From Eledone cirrhosa (Eukaryota), in NCBI GenBank assembly GCA_964016885.1, contig OZ024741.1, positions 119,536,001-119,600,000 on the forward strand: a DNA stretch of 64,000 nt, given 5' to 3'. A model generated the notes under the pieces. The model had not been told where the DNA came from. It ran no database searches and was given only the letters and a program-made list of their open reading frames with translations. A program made the translations under genes and the position numbers. This document shows, one piece after another, positions 1-13,757 of this stretch. Within the stretch, counting starts at the first letter, position 1. Each line of letters opens with the position of its first letter.

Positions 1-429
1 TGTTTGGGGAGCCAAGGTGTCAGATGCTTCTATTGTCATGGTTTCGATAAGAAACCTATTGGAGAGCAACCGGTACTTTATCAACTAGCAATTTTGGAAA
101 TGGTTTGAAGACGTAAGACGCCAGATATTTCAATCACTATGGGTTTGGCAAGAAACGTATCAGCGAACAGCCACTACTTTGTCATCTTGTGATCAGTATG
201 TTGAGGATGACAAAACCTGGCTCTGATGCTGATATCACCAGGTTGTTATGAAAGAAGGTATTGCTGCTGGTCACGTTCTATTTTTTTTTTTCTGAAGAGC
301 CAGCTGATCAATTACAGGTAAAAAGAAAAAAATAAGGAATCATATAGATAGGAACTTAAGTAACAAGATTTGATAGAATTGAAAAATAAAAAGTTAACTA
401 AAGCAAACATTTAAGATTTGGTTTTTCGA

Positions 430-656
430 ACCTTTACATACTATATATTTCTAATGAAAGAACCTAACATTTTCAAATAATCAAGAATTTGGAAAGATTT
501 AGTAAAATAACTTTCTCATTGTTAAATTTGGGGTTTAAATTTGAAAAAAGAAGCTCTTATATAAAATTATAATGGTTTTTAGATAAGTATAAACACAATG
601 AAATAATAGTTGATACCAAACTGGTGTTTCAGGTAGTTTGGTATCCAAAAGGTTAA
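430..656. mobile_element. TTAA-ended MITE, family B (~230-250 bp, piggyBac-like non-autonomous)
   Basis: Consensus across copies runs ttaaccctttcattaccatatttctaatgaaa...ggtatcaaaagggttaa. Related copies near 4572-4815, 8040-8161, 18560-18745, 19050-19280, 31340-31590, 34270-34450, 47905-48005 plus 50270-50365, 51285-51710 and 59975-60095. Confidence 0.7.
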
Positions 657-866
657 TATTACAAAAAAAAGAAGAAAAAGAAAGGAAACTGATATGAAGT
701 GATTTTCACTACTGTTGTGTTCAACAGGTCACTTGTTTACCAGCAGTTGAGAACATTCCAAGATATTTTACTGAATCCAGTTGCTTATGGAATTTAGGAA
801 TTCTATGAAGTTTGCTCAGGAGATAAAATAACCAAATGTTTTCAAAGCTATACACTTCGCTTGTCT

Positions 867-1117
867 TTAACCCTTTAACCCATGCTAGCGTGGAAAATAG
901 ACGTTAAACGATGATGATGATTACTCTATATTTACTTTTGTATTTTCATGGTAAAGGCTTTACCTCACATAATATCGAATCTATGAGATTTTGCTATTAT
1001 TTATTTTGAGAACAATACCATAACATTTGTATGAGTGGCCAGTTACAGCTGGTTTGAACAGAAAGAGGTGAGGGAATTCTGGCTGGGTATGGCCAGTTTA
1101 AATGCTAAAGAGTTTAA
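867..1117. mobile_element. TTAA-ended MITE, family A (piggyBac-derived), copy 1
   Basis: TTAA-CCCTTTA start and ...tttaaatgctaaagagtttaa end. The body matches the copies at 8399 and 14856. A short RTE/SINE-type tail (acgttaaacgatgatgatga) sits near the left end. Confidence 0.7.
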
Positions 1118-1475
1118 GCCAAAGCTTTCAGTATAATCAGATTCAAAGACAGAAATTAGTATTTACTTTAAGAACTTGAAAAATGTACCTGTCTATTTGT
1201 AATCAGTTCTTTAAAATATCTATATTAGCTATGCCTTGAATTAAAGGCATGAAAACATGACTATTTTTGGAATAGTATAGTTGATTTTATCAACTCCAGT
1301 ACTTCACTGGTCCTTATAGACCCAAAGGACAAAAAAGGCAAAGCTAAAATGTAATATTGCAAAAGAAGTATTTTACTTCATTATTGGAATTTACAGCAGG
1401 TAAATGAAGATTCTTAGTTTTTTATGATTTTTTTTGTTTTTTTGTGACTTAGTAAATAGTTTAACATCATAGCTA

Positions 1476-2077
1476 CCGTGTTTCCCCCATTATAAGCCGT
1501 AGCACTATATTTCAGGATGGATTTAATATACGCCATGCCCCGAAAATAAGCCGTAGCAAAAATAAATACCCAAAAAAAGAAATGGCCAGCTATGAAAATT
1601 GGCGCAATCAACCATTATAGAACAGGATTGTATCTTAATGTAAAACTAACTGATAAGCGGGTGTATTCTCCATTCAATTCGACCTCTATTGCTCAACATG
1701 AAAGACTAGGGACGAAAATTCTGCAGGCAATTGAGTCACAAGAAAATTCCACAGGAATCATTGAATCCACTGATTTGGAAAACAATGACATTCCAGAGCA
1801 GGATGACATGATTATTTTTGAATAAATTAGTGGATTATTTCGCTCATGAGTTTTTGAATTAAAGGGTGTGTTAATTTTTAATAAATTTGATCTTTCAAGT
1901 AAATGCCGATTGATTTTTCGTAATTTCCAATCATTTAGCGAATTTGTAATTTTCAGTTTCGTAGTGTCGTTTTTTCGGTATATGACCCCCCCCCCCCCCC
2001 TCGGAAAATAAGCCGTTAGTGGTACATTTTGGAGTAAAAATTAATATAAGCCATGGCTTATAATCAGGGAAACGCGG
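1476..2077. mobile_element. pogo/Tigger-like non-autonomous DNA transposon
   Basis: Terminal inverted repeats ccgtgtttcccccattataagcc / ggcttataatcagggaaacgcgg, flanked by TA on both sides. Subterminal gaaaataagccgt repeats. Confidence 0.8.
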
Positions 2078-3596
2078 TATTAGCATTTTTTTGATGAAAT
2101 CTCTGAATTATGGTATAATTAATTGTGGAATCTCTTAGATAAGTAAGCTATTCATTGTGAATTTATCAGATGACGGACTGTTGCATATAATCAGATCCAG
2201 TAGGCTTTGGGCAGAGTGTAGAAACAGGAGCAGCTTTATATTGTCTTCAGACCAAAGATGAACTCAATATTGCAATATAACAAGACCCTTCCTATTTATA
2301 TCTAGATTAATAATCAGCAGACCTTAATTGGAAAAAAAAAATCTAAACAATTAAACATGAGAAAATGGAGCGTCACAACAGGAATCAGTTGGAATTCATA
2401 ACATGAAAGAAGAGCCCCTCTGTTTTAAAATATATATTTTAATTTATATTAGAAATGGATTTATATTAGAGCATGAAACATTGACATAAAAAATTGGTTG
2501 ACATTTCTATTGTTCTGGATATTGTATATATCTATATCTACTAATGGTTACTTCCTCAAGTCATTTTTTTAGAATTAAATATTCAGCAGTGAATGGTCAT
2601 GGATGTTTGTATATTGCAAACAAACTCATTCTCGTTGCAGAATCAAACTTAAAAAGTGTTGGGTAGGTTTGAAGGTTGGCATGTTCAGAAAGGACTTAAA
2701 AAGCAACACAATGTTGTATAGATATCAATTGATCAACAAGATTCCAGATCTCATTCGCTTACTGAGTGAGGTGGAGTTTGTCAAATTTGACCATGGAAAC
2801 AATTTTTCCATTGGTCTTTCCTTTCCATTGCTGATACCTGCTGGTAGCAATTCCTGGCAGAAAGAGAAATGTGAAATCGTGTCTTGCTGAAGGACATATC
2901 AAACTCGCAACCTCCCAATTGTGAGTCTGGTTCCTTAACCATTAAAGCCATTTGCCTTGTGCAGCCAATAGATGCTGGATTTATGCAAGGGTTTAAGTTG
3001 TACAGGTAAAGAATCAAATGTGCTTGTGTGACGAATTGGGACTAACAAAGGACTGCTTTAAATTACATAAAAGATGTGGGTTTTCTATGGAAGTGAAGCA
3101 TAGATAGATGATTTGATAAACCCATTCAGGGCAACAAATAAATTAAAATAAATGTTTAATTGTAACATTGGTCATTACAACAGTTGTACTGACGGATATT
3201 TGTAAAATTACAGAAAGAATCTGCTAACTATTAGAAAGTCGTAAGAGATATTAGTGAGTAAATTTTGGACAAGATAAGATGAAGCTTTAGAAAAGCAAGT
3301 CTCATGAAAAAAGAAGAGAATTGAGATATTAGTGGATAATATCAATCTAAGATAACACTTGAAAATGAAGAATTTTAGTCTTCTACTGGTTTTTAATCAT
3401 TAGACTGTAATCGTGCTGGGGCACTGCCTTGAAGACAGTCGGTTGATTATATTGACCCCAGTACATATTTTTTCAAGTCTGGTACTTATGTTATCTGATA
3501 AACCACAAAGGTACAGGACAAATAAACAAATACAGTCATGGACACTAAATTTTGCCTATCAAATCTCCCTCACAAATCATTGGTCAACCTGATGCT

Positions 3597-4365
3597 TTAA
3601 CCCTTTAGTGTTCAAACCAGCTGCAATTATTTCCCTTTCATTTGTTCAATCCGCCCGAAACTGGCCGATAACACCCACACTAAAATACCGTTCTAAAAAT
3701 AAACAATACCGTCATCAAAATCTCGTCAATTCGAGATTACGGCGAGATTAGGCCCTTACCGCGAAAATTAACACTTGATATAGTGAAACAACTTAAAACA
3801 ACACGTGTTTTTTTAACGTTGAAAGTAGAACAGATTTTTTGTGTATCAACATGGCTTGTGAAAGTAGCGATACCGACTGATGGTTTTACACACAACGACA
3901 TTCAGAATGAACAGGAAACATGTTTATATTTCTGGAATTTCGTTCAACGATGATTGTTGTTTTGAAAGTGAAAACGAAGGAGATCTCCAGGACGCCGTTG
4001 AAAATATTACACCAACGTGGTTGAAAAATACCACACCAATATATGTTCCCGATTTTATTCAAAATACTGGTCCACAACACACATTAGCTCCCGAAGTTGT
4101 GGCAGAAGAGATTAATTGATATGCCCAACAACAGATTTCAAATTGAGGAAAACCTGATCTGTTATGCTAATCGATAGATGCTGCGGAAATGCAAGCATTT
4201 TTTACCGTAAATATTATGTTCGGTATAAAACAATTTCCAAGACTGGAATTACTGGAGCACTGATATACGGTTTAATGATCCTTATATATCAAGTATTATG
4301 CCGAAAACAACGTATTTAAAATTAAACCAGTATTTGCACCTGGTTGATACTTTAAATGCCCCTAT
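3597..4365 (+). mobile_element. Decayed piggyBac element: left end plus N-terminal transposase fragment
   Basis: TTAA-CCCTTTAG terminus. An acidic N-terminus is followed by frameshifted DAAEMQAFFTVNIMFGIKQFPRL..YWSTDIRFNDPYISSIMPKTTYLKLNQYLHLVD, the pattern of piggyBac/PGBD transposases. Confidence 0.8.
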
Positions 4366-5251
4366 TAATTAATTTCACCTGCCCATAAAAGTCAAATTTA
4401 ACCAAAAAAATCAGGTAAAATTATATAATTGTAAATTATTGATATTTAAACACCTACTGACAAAATTCCAAGCCTGCACAGAAAATTAAGAAAATTACAA
4501 ACATCTTACCATCTTTTGTGCAATAGAAATTCCAACTACAGAATTTGATGACTAACACATGCAGGAAATATTTAACCCTTTCATTATATTTTTAATGAAA
4601 GACACTACCTATGATTTTCAAATCATTTTGAAAATAATTTAGAATTTGGAGGTATTAAGTAATGTAACTCATTTTCTAATTAAGTTGGTGTTTGGAATAT
4701 TAGTTCTTATATAAAATAAAAGTTCTTACAAAATTATGATGGAAGATTTTTAGATAATTATATAAGCATTTTAAACAAACAGTTCTGTATCATGAAACCA
4801 GAGGCAGTTTGGTATCTATGTTGAGGAAATGTTTTATTTATCAATTCTGAAAGCCAGTCAGTCATTTGAATTTGGTGTACAGAGAGCCAGAGGAAAAACT
4901 ACATGGCACTCTGACAGTTTAATGACTTTAACAACACACTATCTTGAAGACTTTAAGGGTTTAAATTGCAGTGATGTCCCTTCTGAATAAATGAAGAGAT
5001 GTTAGATGAGAATAAGCTAAGTATTGTTTGGCTCTTAAGAGAAAGAATGTTTTCTTGAGAAGTGTATACTTAAATGTAGCTTAGCATCTGTACTGCTTTT
5101 TATTGAAATACCCAAGAAGTTTCTTATTAAATACAACTTCATAGAAGGCCAGTTTGCATGTGAGCTGTATAGTTGGTTTTCTTTTCTTCATTGTCTATAA
5201 CTAACAATGAGGATTAACTCTTGACATCCTGTAATGACTTAGCAGAAAATA

Positions 5252-5513
5252 TCTAAAGACAGGTTAATTCAAACATCTTGTTAGTAGATAGATTGAAAAT
5301 GTGCAGCATTAGAGGAAACACTTAGATTTTTAATGTGATTTTATGTGGTACAGGATATTAATAAATAATTTATAGAACTGTTTCTAAAGACAGGTTAATT
5401 CAAACATCTTGTTAGTAGATAGATTGAAAATGTGCAGCATTAGAGGAAACACTTAGATTTTTAATGTGATTTTATGTGGTACAGGATATTAATAAATAAT
5501 TTATAGAACTGTT
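5252..5513. repeat. Exact 131-bp tandem duplication
   Basis: tctaaagacaggttaattc...tatagaactgtt occurs twice back to back with period 131. Confidence 0.95.
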
Positions 5514-8398
5514 TTTTAAAGACCTCCAACAAATCAAAATGGATTAGATTGTTTATGATCTAATCTGGAAATTGAGATAAACTTGGCAATTAGTGTTAAT
5601 TTAGCTACTAAAGTAATGTAATTATGATAGTTGTAAGCCATGAAGAAGTGTAGGTACATAGGAAATTTCAGACTGATACAAATTGAGGTTACAAAAAGAA
5701 TGGAAACAAAAAGTTTTATTTGATTTTTTTTTCAACTTAACTTTTTTTCTTTGCTATATGAAATAAGTATTTTGAAAGCAGGCTTGCCATTTAACTGTAA
5801 GTACCAGGAGTACTGACGTGGGCTAAAAGAGCTTTATGCTATGATTGTTTCAGGCAGTAAATTGGTGTAATTGTTAGTGTTTGTTAGGATACATTGTGAT
5901 ATCTCTTTCTGCTCTGTATGTTCCAAGTTCAAATATCTCCTGTTGCTAGAAAGAATTGTGACATGATAGGACTATGGTCCTTATTAAAACACCCAAGAAA
6001 CCTCCTATGAGATATAACCTCTGAGGAGGCCAACTAAACCTATGCTAGTGTGGACTTTAACAAATCTGGCAAAGCATAAATTGTGTGAATAAAAAAGAAC
6101 TGTTTTAATTACTTTAAAAAAACTAAAGTGTTGACATTAATACTCTCAATGCAAACAAACACATTGCTTTGTGATTCTCGCTACTTCAGCATATTGAAAG
6201 AGAGGATTCTTAACTCCTGATGATACCATTGTCTTGAGCATTTTAAACCTGGCGGAGCCTGTTCCTCTCTAGGTCTGGACCATTGTCCATTTCTTCTAGA
6301 GAAGTAAGAGAGATATAGCGGAAGAACCTTCCTAATTTGCTGGGACTTTTCTTTTTATCGACTTTGATGGAAGAGGAAGTTGACCTCAGTGGGATTTGAA
6401 GTGGATCAAATACTGCAAAGTATTTATCTACCTTAATTTCCACTTATTACCAACATTGTGATAATTTTCATCATTGATCACACAAGAAGTCATCATCATC
6501 ATCATTCTTACAGCCAGTTACCCTTCCTGATGCCAACTCATACCTTATTCTAAATATGGTACATACCATTAGCACTTGTTGAGCTGCTAAACTGCTATAA
6601 GGGGCATTAACAATTGTCATTGCAGGCTTTATGATCAGTGATGATATGCCATTTGTAGCAGCTAGCAAACACATGCATGCACACACACACACACACAAGC
6701 ATGCATTAGTTGTACACTAACAAAATGTCAGTTTCATAGTCAGTATTGACAAAGGTATGTATTCTTTATCAGAAGTTGTGTGTTTTGTCATGATTAAACA
6801 TTAGTTTTTGTATAAATATCCAAAACAGTAGTTAGATTTGTTTTAATTGTATCAACCAAATGCAATGGATGATATTTGCGCATTGAAAACTGATTATTAG
6901 CCATGAAAAAACGCACATACAACTTCTGATAATGGAAACTACCAGTTTTTTGGGGTGTTTTTTAGTGTACTACTAATACAATCGTTTAACTATATAATTT
7001 CCATGATAGTTGATTGTCGGTTTTGTATTTTATTACCTCAATCAATGAACTATGATGTAAATTTGAAGTATGGAAAAATAAAGCTCTGCTTTCACATTTA
7101 ATAGCATATATACTCACACACATGCACATTCACTCAATGTAGTGTTCAGCCCAAGGCTATATATAGTAAAAGACACTTTCCTGAAGTACCATTCAATAGA
7201 GTAAGGTAGAATCCAAGACCACATGATTGCAAAGCAAATTATTAACCCCACAGCCATATATACAAAAATTATTACCTCAATTGTTAATATTCCCCTCCCT
7301 AAAACAACCAACAAACAAAAAAACTATTGTAGGTGAGTTTTTCTTCAGATTATTTAACTCTTAAAATCTTGTAAATCTTGTAAATCTTTAACAGAAAATA
7401 TCTTAAAACGTTTTTTAATTCAAATGTTTATTGTATCTTTACTAATTGACAAATCATTGTAAAAACCTGCAGTATTAGAAGAGTAAATACTTTAATTTTT
7501 AATGTGATGCAGTCTCATAATGCTGATTTGTATTTTTTCATGAATGTCTTGTTAATGTGGTTTCATGTGATGCAAGACATTAACAGCTTAAGTTAGGGAA
7601 CATGTATATAATTTTTTTCAAAAACTAGTTTTATTTTATCTGTTATACATAAACATATGTCAACTATATTTTACAAAAAGAAGTTATACAATGATGGAAA
7701 TATGAAAAAAAAAAGATGGAAACAAAATTAAGTAATGAAAAGGGTGGAGTAAAAGACTACAAATGAGAGGAAAAAGCAAGGAGTATTAGGCCATGGAAGA
7801 AAGAGAGGGGAAGGGAAGAGAGTGACAGGCTCTATGTCTAGGGTGGTGGTGAGGGGTGTTTCGTCTGTGCCCCGTGGATAAAACTGCGAAGGCATTTCCA
7901 TGTATAATAGCAGCAACAGCTACCCTACCTCATGGGGCTCCTTTTTCACCTGTGCGGAGAGGCAGCAGCCAATGGTAGTAGTAATACAACAAAAGATTTG
8001 ATGACATCAGAATCTTTAATTTTTTAGTTTAAATATACCAGATTTGATTCTTTAATAGAAGAAATATATCTGAATTTATGATGGAAAGTTTTTAAGATAA
8101 ATATAAGTATTTTTAACTACAATTTTGTAGCATAAAACTGGTTTGGTATTAAAAGGGTTAATCAAATAATAATAAAAAAGGTAAAATAACTCGATTAGAG
8201 ACTTGAAACTGAAGAAAATTCATTTTAGCCATTAAAAAAAAATCCACAAAAACTGTTAGATTCACTTAATATTTATAATTTCTGTAGTGTCAAAGATTTT
8301 CATTGTTTGCAACCTGGTCACTCACACAAATCAATGGAGTTTCTACTTTGTCTTGTTATTTAATAAATTTTTGATAACTAGCTTGAAAGTTTTATCAT

Positions 8399-8613
8399 TT
8401 AACCCTTTAGCATTTACATTACTCTATATGTATTATTGTATTTTCGCAGTAAACACTTTACCTTACATAATATCGACTCTACGAGATTTTGATATTATTT
8501 ATTTTGAGAACAATACCTTAACATAAATATAAGCAGCCAGTTAAGGCTGGTTTGAACAGAAAGAGGTGAGTGAATTCTGGCCAGATATGGCTGGTTTAAA
8601 TGCTTTAGGTTCA
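8399..8613. mobile_element. TTAA-ended MITE, family A, copy 2
   Basis: ttaaccctttagcatttacattactc...ggctggtttaaatgctttaggttcaa. Confidence 0.75.
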
Positions 8614-8902
8614 AGATATTCATATACTGAAAAAGGAAATATTTTTTGATGTTACATGAATTCCAATTTTATAATTATTAATTTTTATGATTTTATTGTT
8701 GACAGGTGGGGGGTGGGGCGGGGGATGTAATGGTAATTTTTCTGTAAGTGGAATCAAACCAAATTTAAATCCCCAATTAAAATCATTTTATTCATTAGAT
8801 CAATGTTTGTGTAGCAGTAGTAGTGGGTGGCCTTATCCTGTTTTGAATTTTGTATCAAAATTAAATACAAAAATACTGCAATATTTGCCTATCTTTTAAA
8901 TG

Positions 8903-9237
8903 GCATATTTTTCGAGTTATAAGGACACACCCTTATTTTGAAGAAAATTGTTTTGGGAAAAAATGTTATGGTAGTATTAACATTTTTATTGAACACTTCA
9001 ACCAAATGTTTTTACAAAAGTGTATTTGTTCAAGATACAAAAAAAGGTATTTTGTTTTACATTGAACAGTGATTATTATTTATTATGTCTTATAATTCAT
9101 TTAATTTCAATATTAGGTATTAAAATTAATGTATACCTATTTAAGTATACTTATTCATATCTTTAATGACTAGGGCATTAGCAGATTCTTAAATATTTTA
9201 GGTACAAAAATTGCGTCTTATTCACCAGAAATATGGG
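8903..9237. mobile_element. Degenerate pogo-like MITE
   Basis: Imperfect TIRs gcatatttttcgagttataag / gcgtcttattcaccagaaatatgg. Confidence 0.45.
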
Positions 9238-9365
9238 TTACTGATTTTTTAAAAATGTATATTAAATGTTTTTAATCTAATTTAAATATTTTTTTATTCA
9301 TATTTTTCTATTCTGAAATGTTATTTTTTTTTCTTTTTTCTTTTTTATTTATTAAAATTTTCCAG

Positions 9366-9418
9366 ATAACCTTTTCACTAACTGGAATTGTGCCACTGTT
9401 CAGTTATATTCATACAAG
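9366..9418 (+). other. Candidate 53-nt non-coding exon (possible 5'UTR exon)
   Basis: Long T-rich tract then ttccAG acceptor, and an AAG|gtaata donor. No ATG inside. Confidence 0.35.
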
Positions 9419-12059
9419 GTAATATTTAATCACTTCTCATCCACTCCAGTCTTTGTAATATTTATTAAATACATACATCTCAGATTATTTTCAACTAAAT
9501 TAATGTTGAAAAATTATCCTACATAACTCATTCCAGAATATGTCAGCATGATTTAGTAAATTTAAATTCATTTACTGAAACGAGCTTTAAAAAGTAAAGT
9601 TATATTCAATTTTAACTTTAGTGGGCTTTAGGAAATATCATCTCATTAATTTATGTATTTTTTAAAAAGTTTTTTTTTTCCTGAACCATCAATGTTATGA
9701 TTGTGAATAAAAATTGTTTCTTGTGAAATAAAGCTTTTTCTTTCTCTTCACATTCTATGATCTGTGAACAGTTGAAACATAGAAATCTGAAGAACCTGGA
9801 CATTCAGCCATAAATGCCATCAGCGTGCCAGAGGAATTATTTTATATTTACTTATATGTAAATTTTGTAGGGAGAACAAGTGGGAATAAACCAATTTTTT
9901 TTTTTTTTAATTTCCAAAATTACCAAGAATAAATTGAATTTGTTTTCAGAATGTTTAGATTTTCATTGGTGTATACTTGTTTTGTCATGTATACCCATGA
10001 GAAGAAGCAGTATATTTTATAAACACAACCTGAACATAGTTAAAATATACTGTGCTTTCATTTGACTAAAGACATTTTTTTTTCTATCTTGGGCATTGAA
10101 GATAAAGAGACCAGGAATTATTTTCATAAACAAAAAGCACTACAATTAATTTCTAGAATGGTTTATAATATTGATAGATATTTTGCCAAAAAAACACATT
10201 CCGTGTATAAGATATTGCCTAGTTATTCAAACACCTTTTGTTTTGATTTTAAATCCTTCTGCTACACTTCAAAACTAACAGGCTTTGCTTTGAAATATAG
10301 TGAAAGGATTTACATTTTTCATCTGCATTTCAATGAAAAGTCTTAACAGGGTGTAAAATAGATCAATTTACATTTCCTCAAAAGTACTTTATAGAAAAGA
10401 ACGTTTTACAAAAGAGTAGAGTAACATTAGGTGATACAAAAAATATATTTGAATAGCAATAGCAATGTCTTAAGATGTAGAAATACACATCTTAAAGTTC
10501 TTCACTGGAATATTACAGGGATATAGTTTTATGAATTTATAATAGAAAACATACTAGGTTCACATTTTACATTATCTCTGTAATAATATTACATTTACGA
10601 TGAAAATAATGCCTGAGCATTTTATTTAAAACTGAACACTTGAAGCAGTCAAACACTAGTATAAATAATTTCACTTGATCCTACTACAAAGAATCACATT
10701 GATATATGCTTAGACTATAGCCTTTCCCCTTCAAAAGAATTTTAGCATCAGCACTTAGCTCATCAATGGACATGGTGAACCTTGATTATCAGTTTTCAAC
10801 GAAGAGCAAAAAGTATACAAGTTGGTCGTTTCAGAGTTTGACATTGAGGAAAGAACTCAATATTTACAGAGAAACAAAGCATCCAAGTATGAGAACAGGG
10901 GAAATTTCATTGTCTTATGAAATCTCCATAGTTTGTTACAAGACAAGACGATAATTTATTTTGGAGCAAATATATGAACTGTAAGTCTTTTGAGATCTTG
11001 AAAAGAACAGAGGTCTAACAGAATTGGTAAGTGTCAACAACCCTTTTGATTTTTATATGCTTCCATTCCCTTATTTTGTTACTATTAAGGCCTAATTAGG
11101 AGAGTTGCTACTTTGTCTTTATATATAATTGTTAAGAGATTATTTCTATATAATATCAGTGCTAGTTTTTACAACTACTATTTAAATTTACTGAAATAGA
11201 GGTTGGGTTTCTTTTTCCAACAAAATGAGCTGTTCATAGAATCATTATTAAGAGAATATAGCTATTCTGGAAATAAAATGTAAATATCAGTTTAAGATAA
11301 AAAAACGTTCTTAAATTACAGTGAACTTTGTAATCAGAAATAAAATCTATTGTAATTGTTCTTTCTGGCTAATAAAACCTCACTGATTATTGTAATTATA
11401 TTACCATTTAGAATTCTAGGTAGTTCTTATATATATACACATATATATAAATTATATACACAGTTAATAGATAACTATATAATAAGTTTAGTTCATTTAT
11501 GATTATTGTATGAAAGTTTATCTTTATACTGAAGGAAATACTGCATTATAAATAACTAAGGATGTAAGAACCATTCAGGTCCCTTTACTTTCAAAAGATA
11601 AACTCTGCTTTCAGAGATATTTTAAAAATAAAACGAAAAATGTTCTGAAAGTAGTAATGAGTATTTAGAACTTAATGCAGGTTTCTTGGATTTAAATCTA
11701 CCTTAACATTTCATACTATCAATATTGATAAAGCATCAGTGATAGTTTATGTTGAAGTTCAAGTACCATCACCTATAGTCCCCTCTTCCCTTTCATAAAA
11801 GAAACTATGAAAGGTGATATTGAAGTTGGCAGAGTTAATGAACAATGAGTTCCAACTTTACATTCCACTTGGTTCAACTTTGTTTTTCATTTTTCTGTAA
11901 TTCATGGAATAATATAAAGGGACCAATTTAATCTGATTATTATCATTAGAATGGTTTGCTATTAAATTCCACATTTTCCATTTATACTTTTTTAAGTGCA
12001 TTTAGAGAACTTAAAACAAATATGTCTGTAGTCAACAATATTGTTTTAGCAACATTTAA

Positions 12060-12300
12060 AACTACCTAACAGACAGATTGAGTACAAATTTGTTGGAGTG
12101 ATCAAACGTTAAAGGCATTGGCAGTCTTTATCTGCTGAAGATTTTACTATATTCGTATGAATACATATTGTAAATTGTTGGTGTATTATAGGTGTAGTGT
12201 ATCATAGATTGACAGAAGTACAGGAGAATGATTTCCAGTAAGGTTCTTAGAAGATGGTATAAAATATTCAAGAAGCTACAAGATGTGTCTAATTCAAAAT
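12060..12300 (+). mobile_element. Possible mariner transposase N-terminal relic
   Basis: Broken reading RLTEV..GE / ISSKVLRRWYKIFK resembles the mariner HTH region. Very degenerate. Confidence 0.3.
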
Positions 12301-13172
12301 CTCCCTTCTCCAAGCCACCAAATGTTGTCAAAGAGAAAGGCATTAGCTGTTATATGTTGACACCAGTGTCATATCAGCTGTGTTGACTGAAAAAACGTGA
12401 AATAAAATGTCTTGCTCAAGGACAAAATGGGCTGTCTGATTCCAAAATGGAACTCATGACCTTATGATCATGAGCCCAACATTTTAACCATTAGGCCACA
12501 TGCTTTCACTAATATGACTGACCCCTATCATTGGAACAGCTGGGAAACGTTCTATGAGATGCAACTTCATAAGTGTGAACTGTAACAACAACATTTAAAG
12601 CAACATTAAAAAAATGATGTTAAATGAGAGCTTATGCTAATGGTTGATGTTCTTCAAACTATTTTGTTGCTAGAAGACAACAGAGCCTAGCATCAGTTAT
12701 TGTTATTTAGTATTTAATTTTAGGTCACATTTTTTTCTATCAATAGTGTGGTTGGATAGAAGCTGTGAATTGGCAGAAGCGTTAAAGCATGGGACAAAAT
12801 GGTTTGTTGTATTTACCGTGGCTCTTCGTGTTTGGAGTTCAAATCCTTCTATCATCAACTTTACTTTTTATTCTTCCATGTGAATCTTTGACAGTGGGCT
12901 TTCGGAATCATTAAAGCACCAGATAGAATGTTTAGCAGTGTTTGTTTTGGCTTTTTGCATTCTGAGTTTAAATCCCATTGGTCCACTCGATTGCAAGCAT
13001 TCAGGTCAGCTCTCTAGATTGAGAATAACTTCCTCATTCCATCCCTGACTAAAAGGTTAAAAAAGAGAAAGGTTTCTTTCTAGTAAGCCAATCAATGGTT
13101 CACTGCATGATGAAAGTAACCAGCAGAACAAATATTCTAAGAGCACTGGGTTTTCAATACTCTTGATGTGTA

Positions 13173-13175
<3 letters not shown>

Positions 13176-13211
<36 letters not shown>

Positions 13212-13677
13212 GTGTGAGTGTATACATATTTATGATATCATCATTACCATTTTACATGTTTTCCATGCTGGCATGGGTTGTCACATTCTGAGACAACCCA
13301 TTTTACAGCATGTACTGTGTGAATTTTATTGTGACACCAGTACTTCCTTTTTACAGTTGGGTGCATTTTACCATGACACCAACACTACCACTTTACAGAG
13401 GTGACTGTATTCATTTTAGTGTGGCAATTATTTTGTCCTCAGCCGATGATGCAGTGATGGAGGTGGGAAGAGAAACAATAACATGTTTGCTGCGAGAGAG
13501 TATTGACTCAAAATTTATAGTGGAGTGGGTAGATTCATAATATTTGTGGTTATACACAGAGTTACATGTGGGCAGCAACTTTCAGTGAGTATGGGATAGG
13601 TGTATGACTATCAGTGTATGAACATCAGAGGGCAGTGGGGTGCTGACAACTCAAGCTGCCTTCCTATATTATGTATA

Positions 13678-13740
<63 letters not shown>

Positions 13741-13757
13741 TACATATATATATATAT
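13176..13757. repeat. (TA)n and (GT)n(TA)n microsatellites (13176-13205 and 13678-13757)
   Basis: Dinucleotide runs seen directly. Confidence 0.9.

Noticed and set aside
1592-1825. 77-aa acidic ORF
   Set aside because: It is internal to a pogo-like MITE and is at most a transposase C-terminal remnant.
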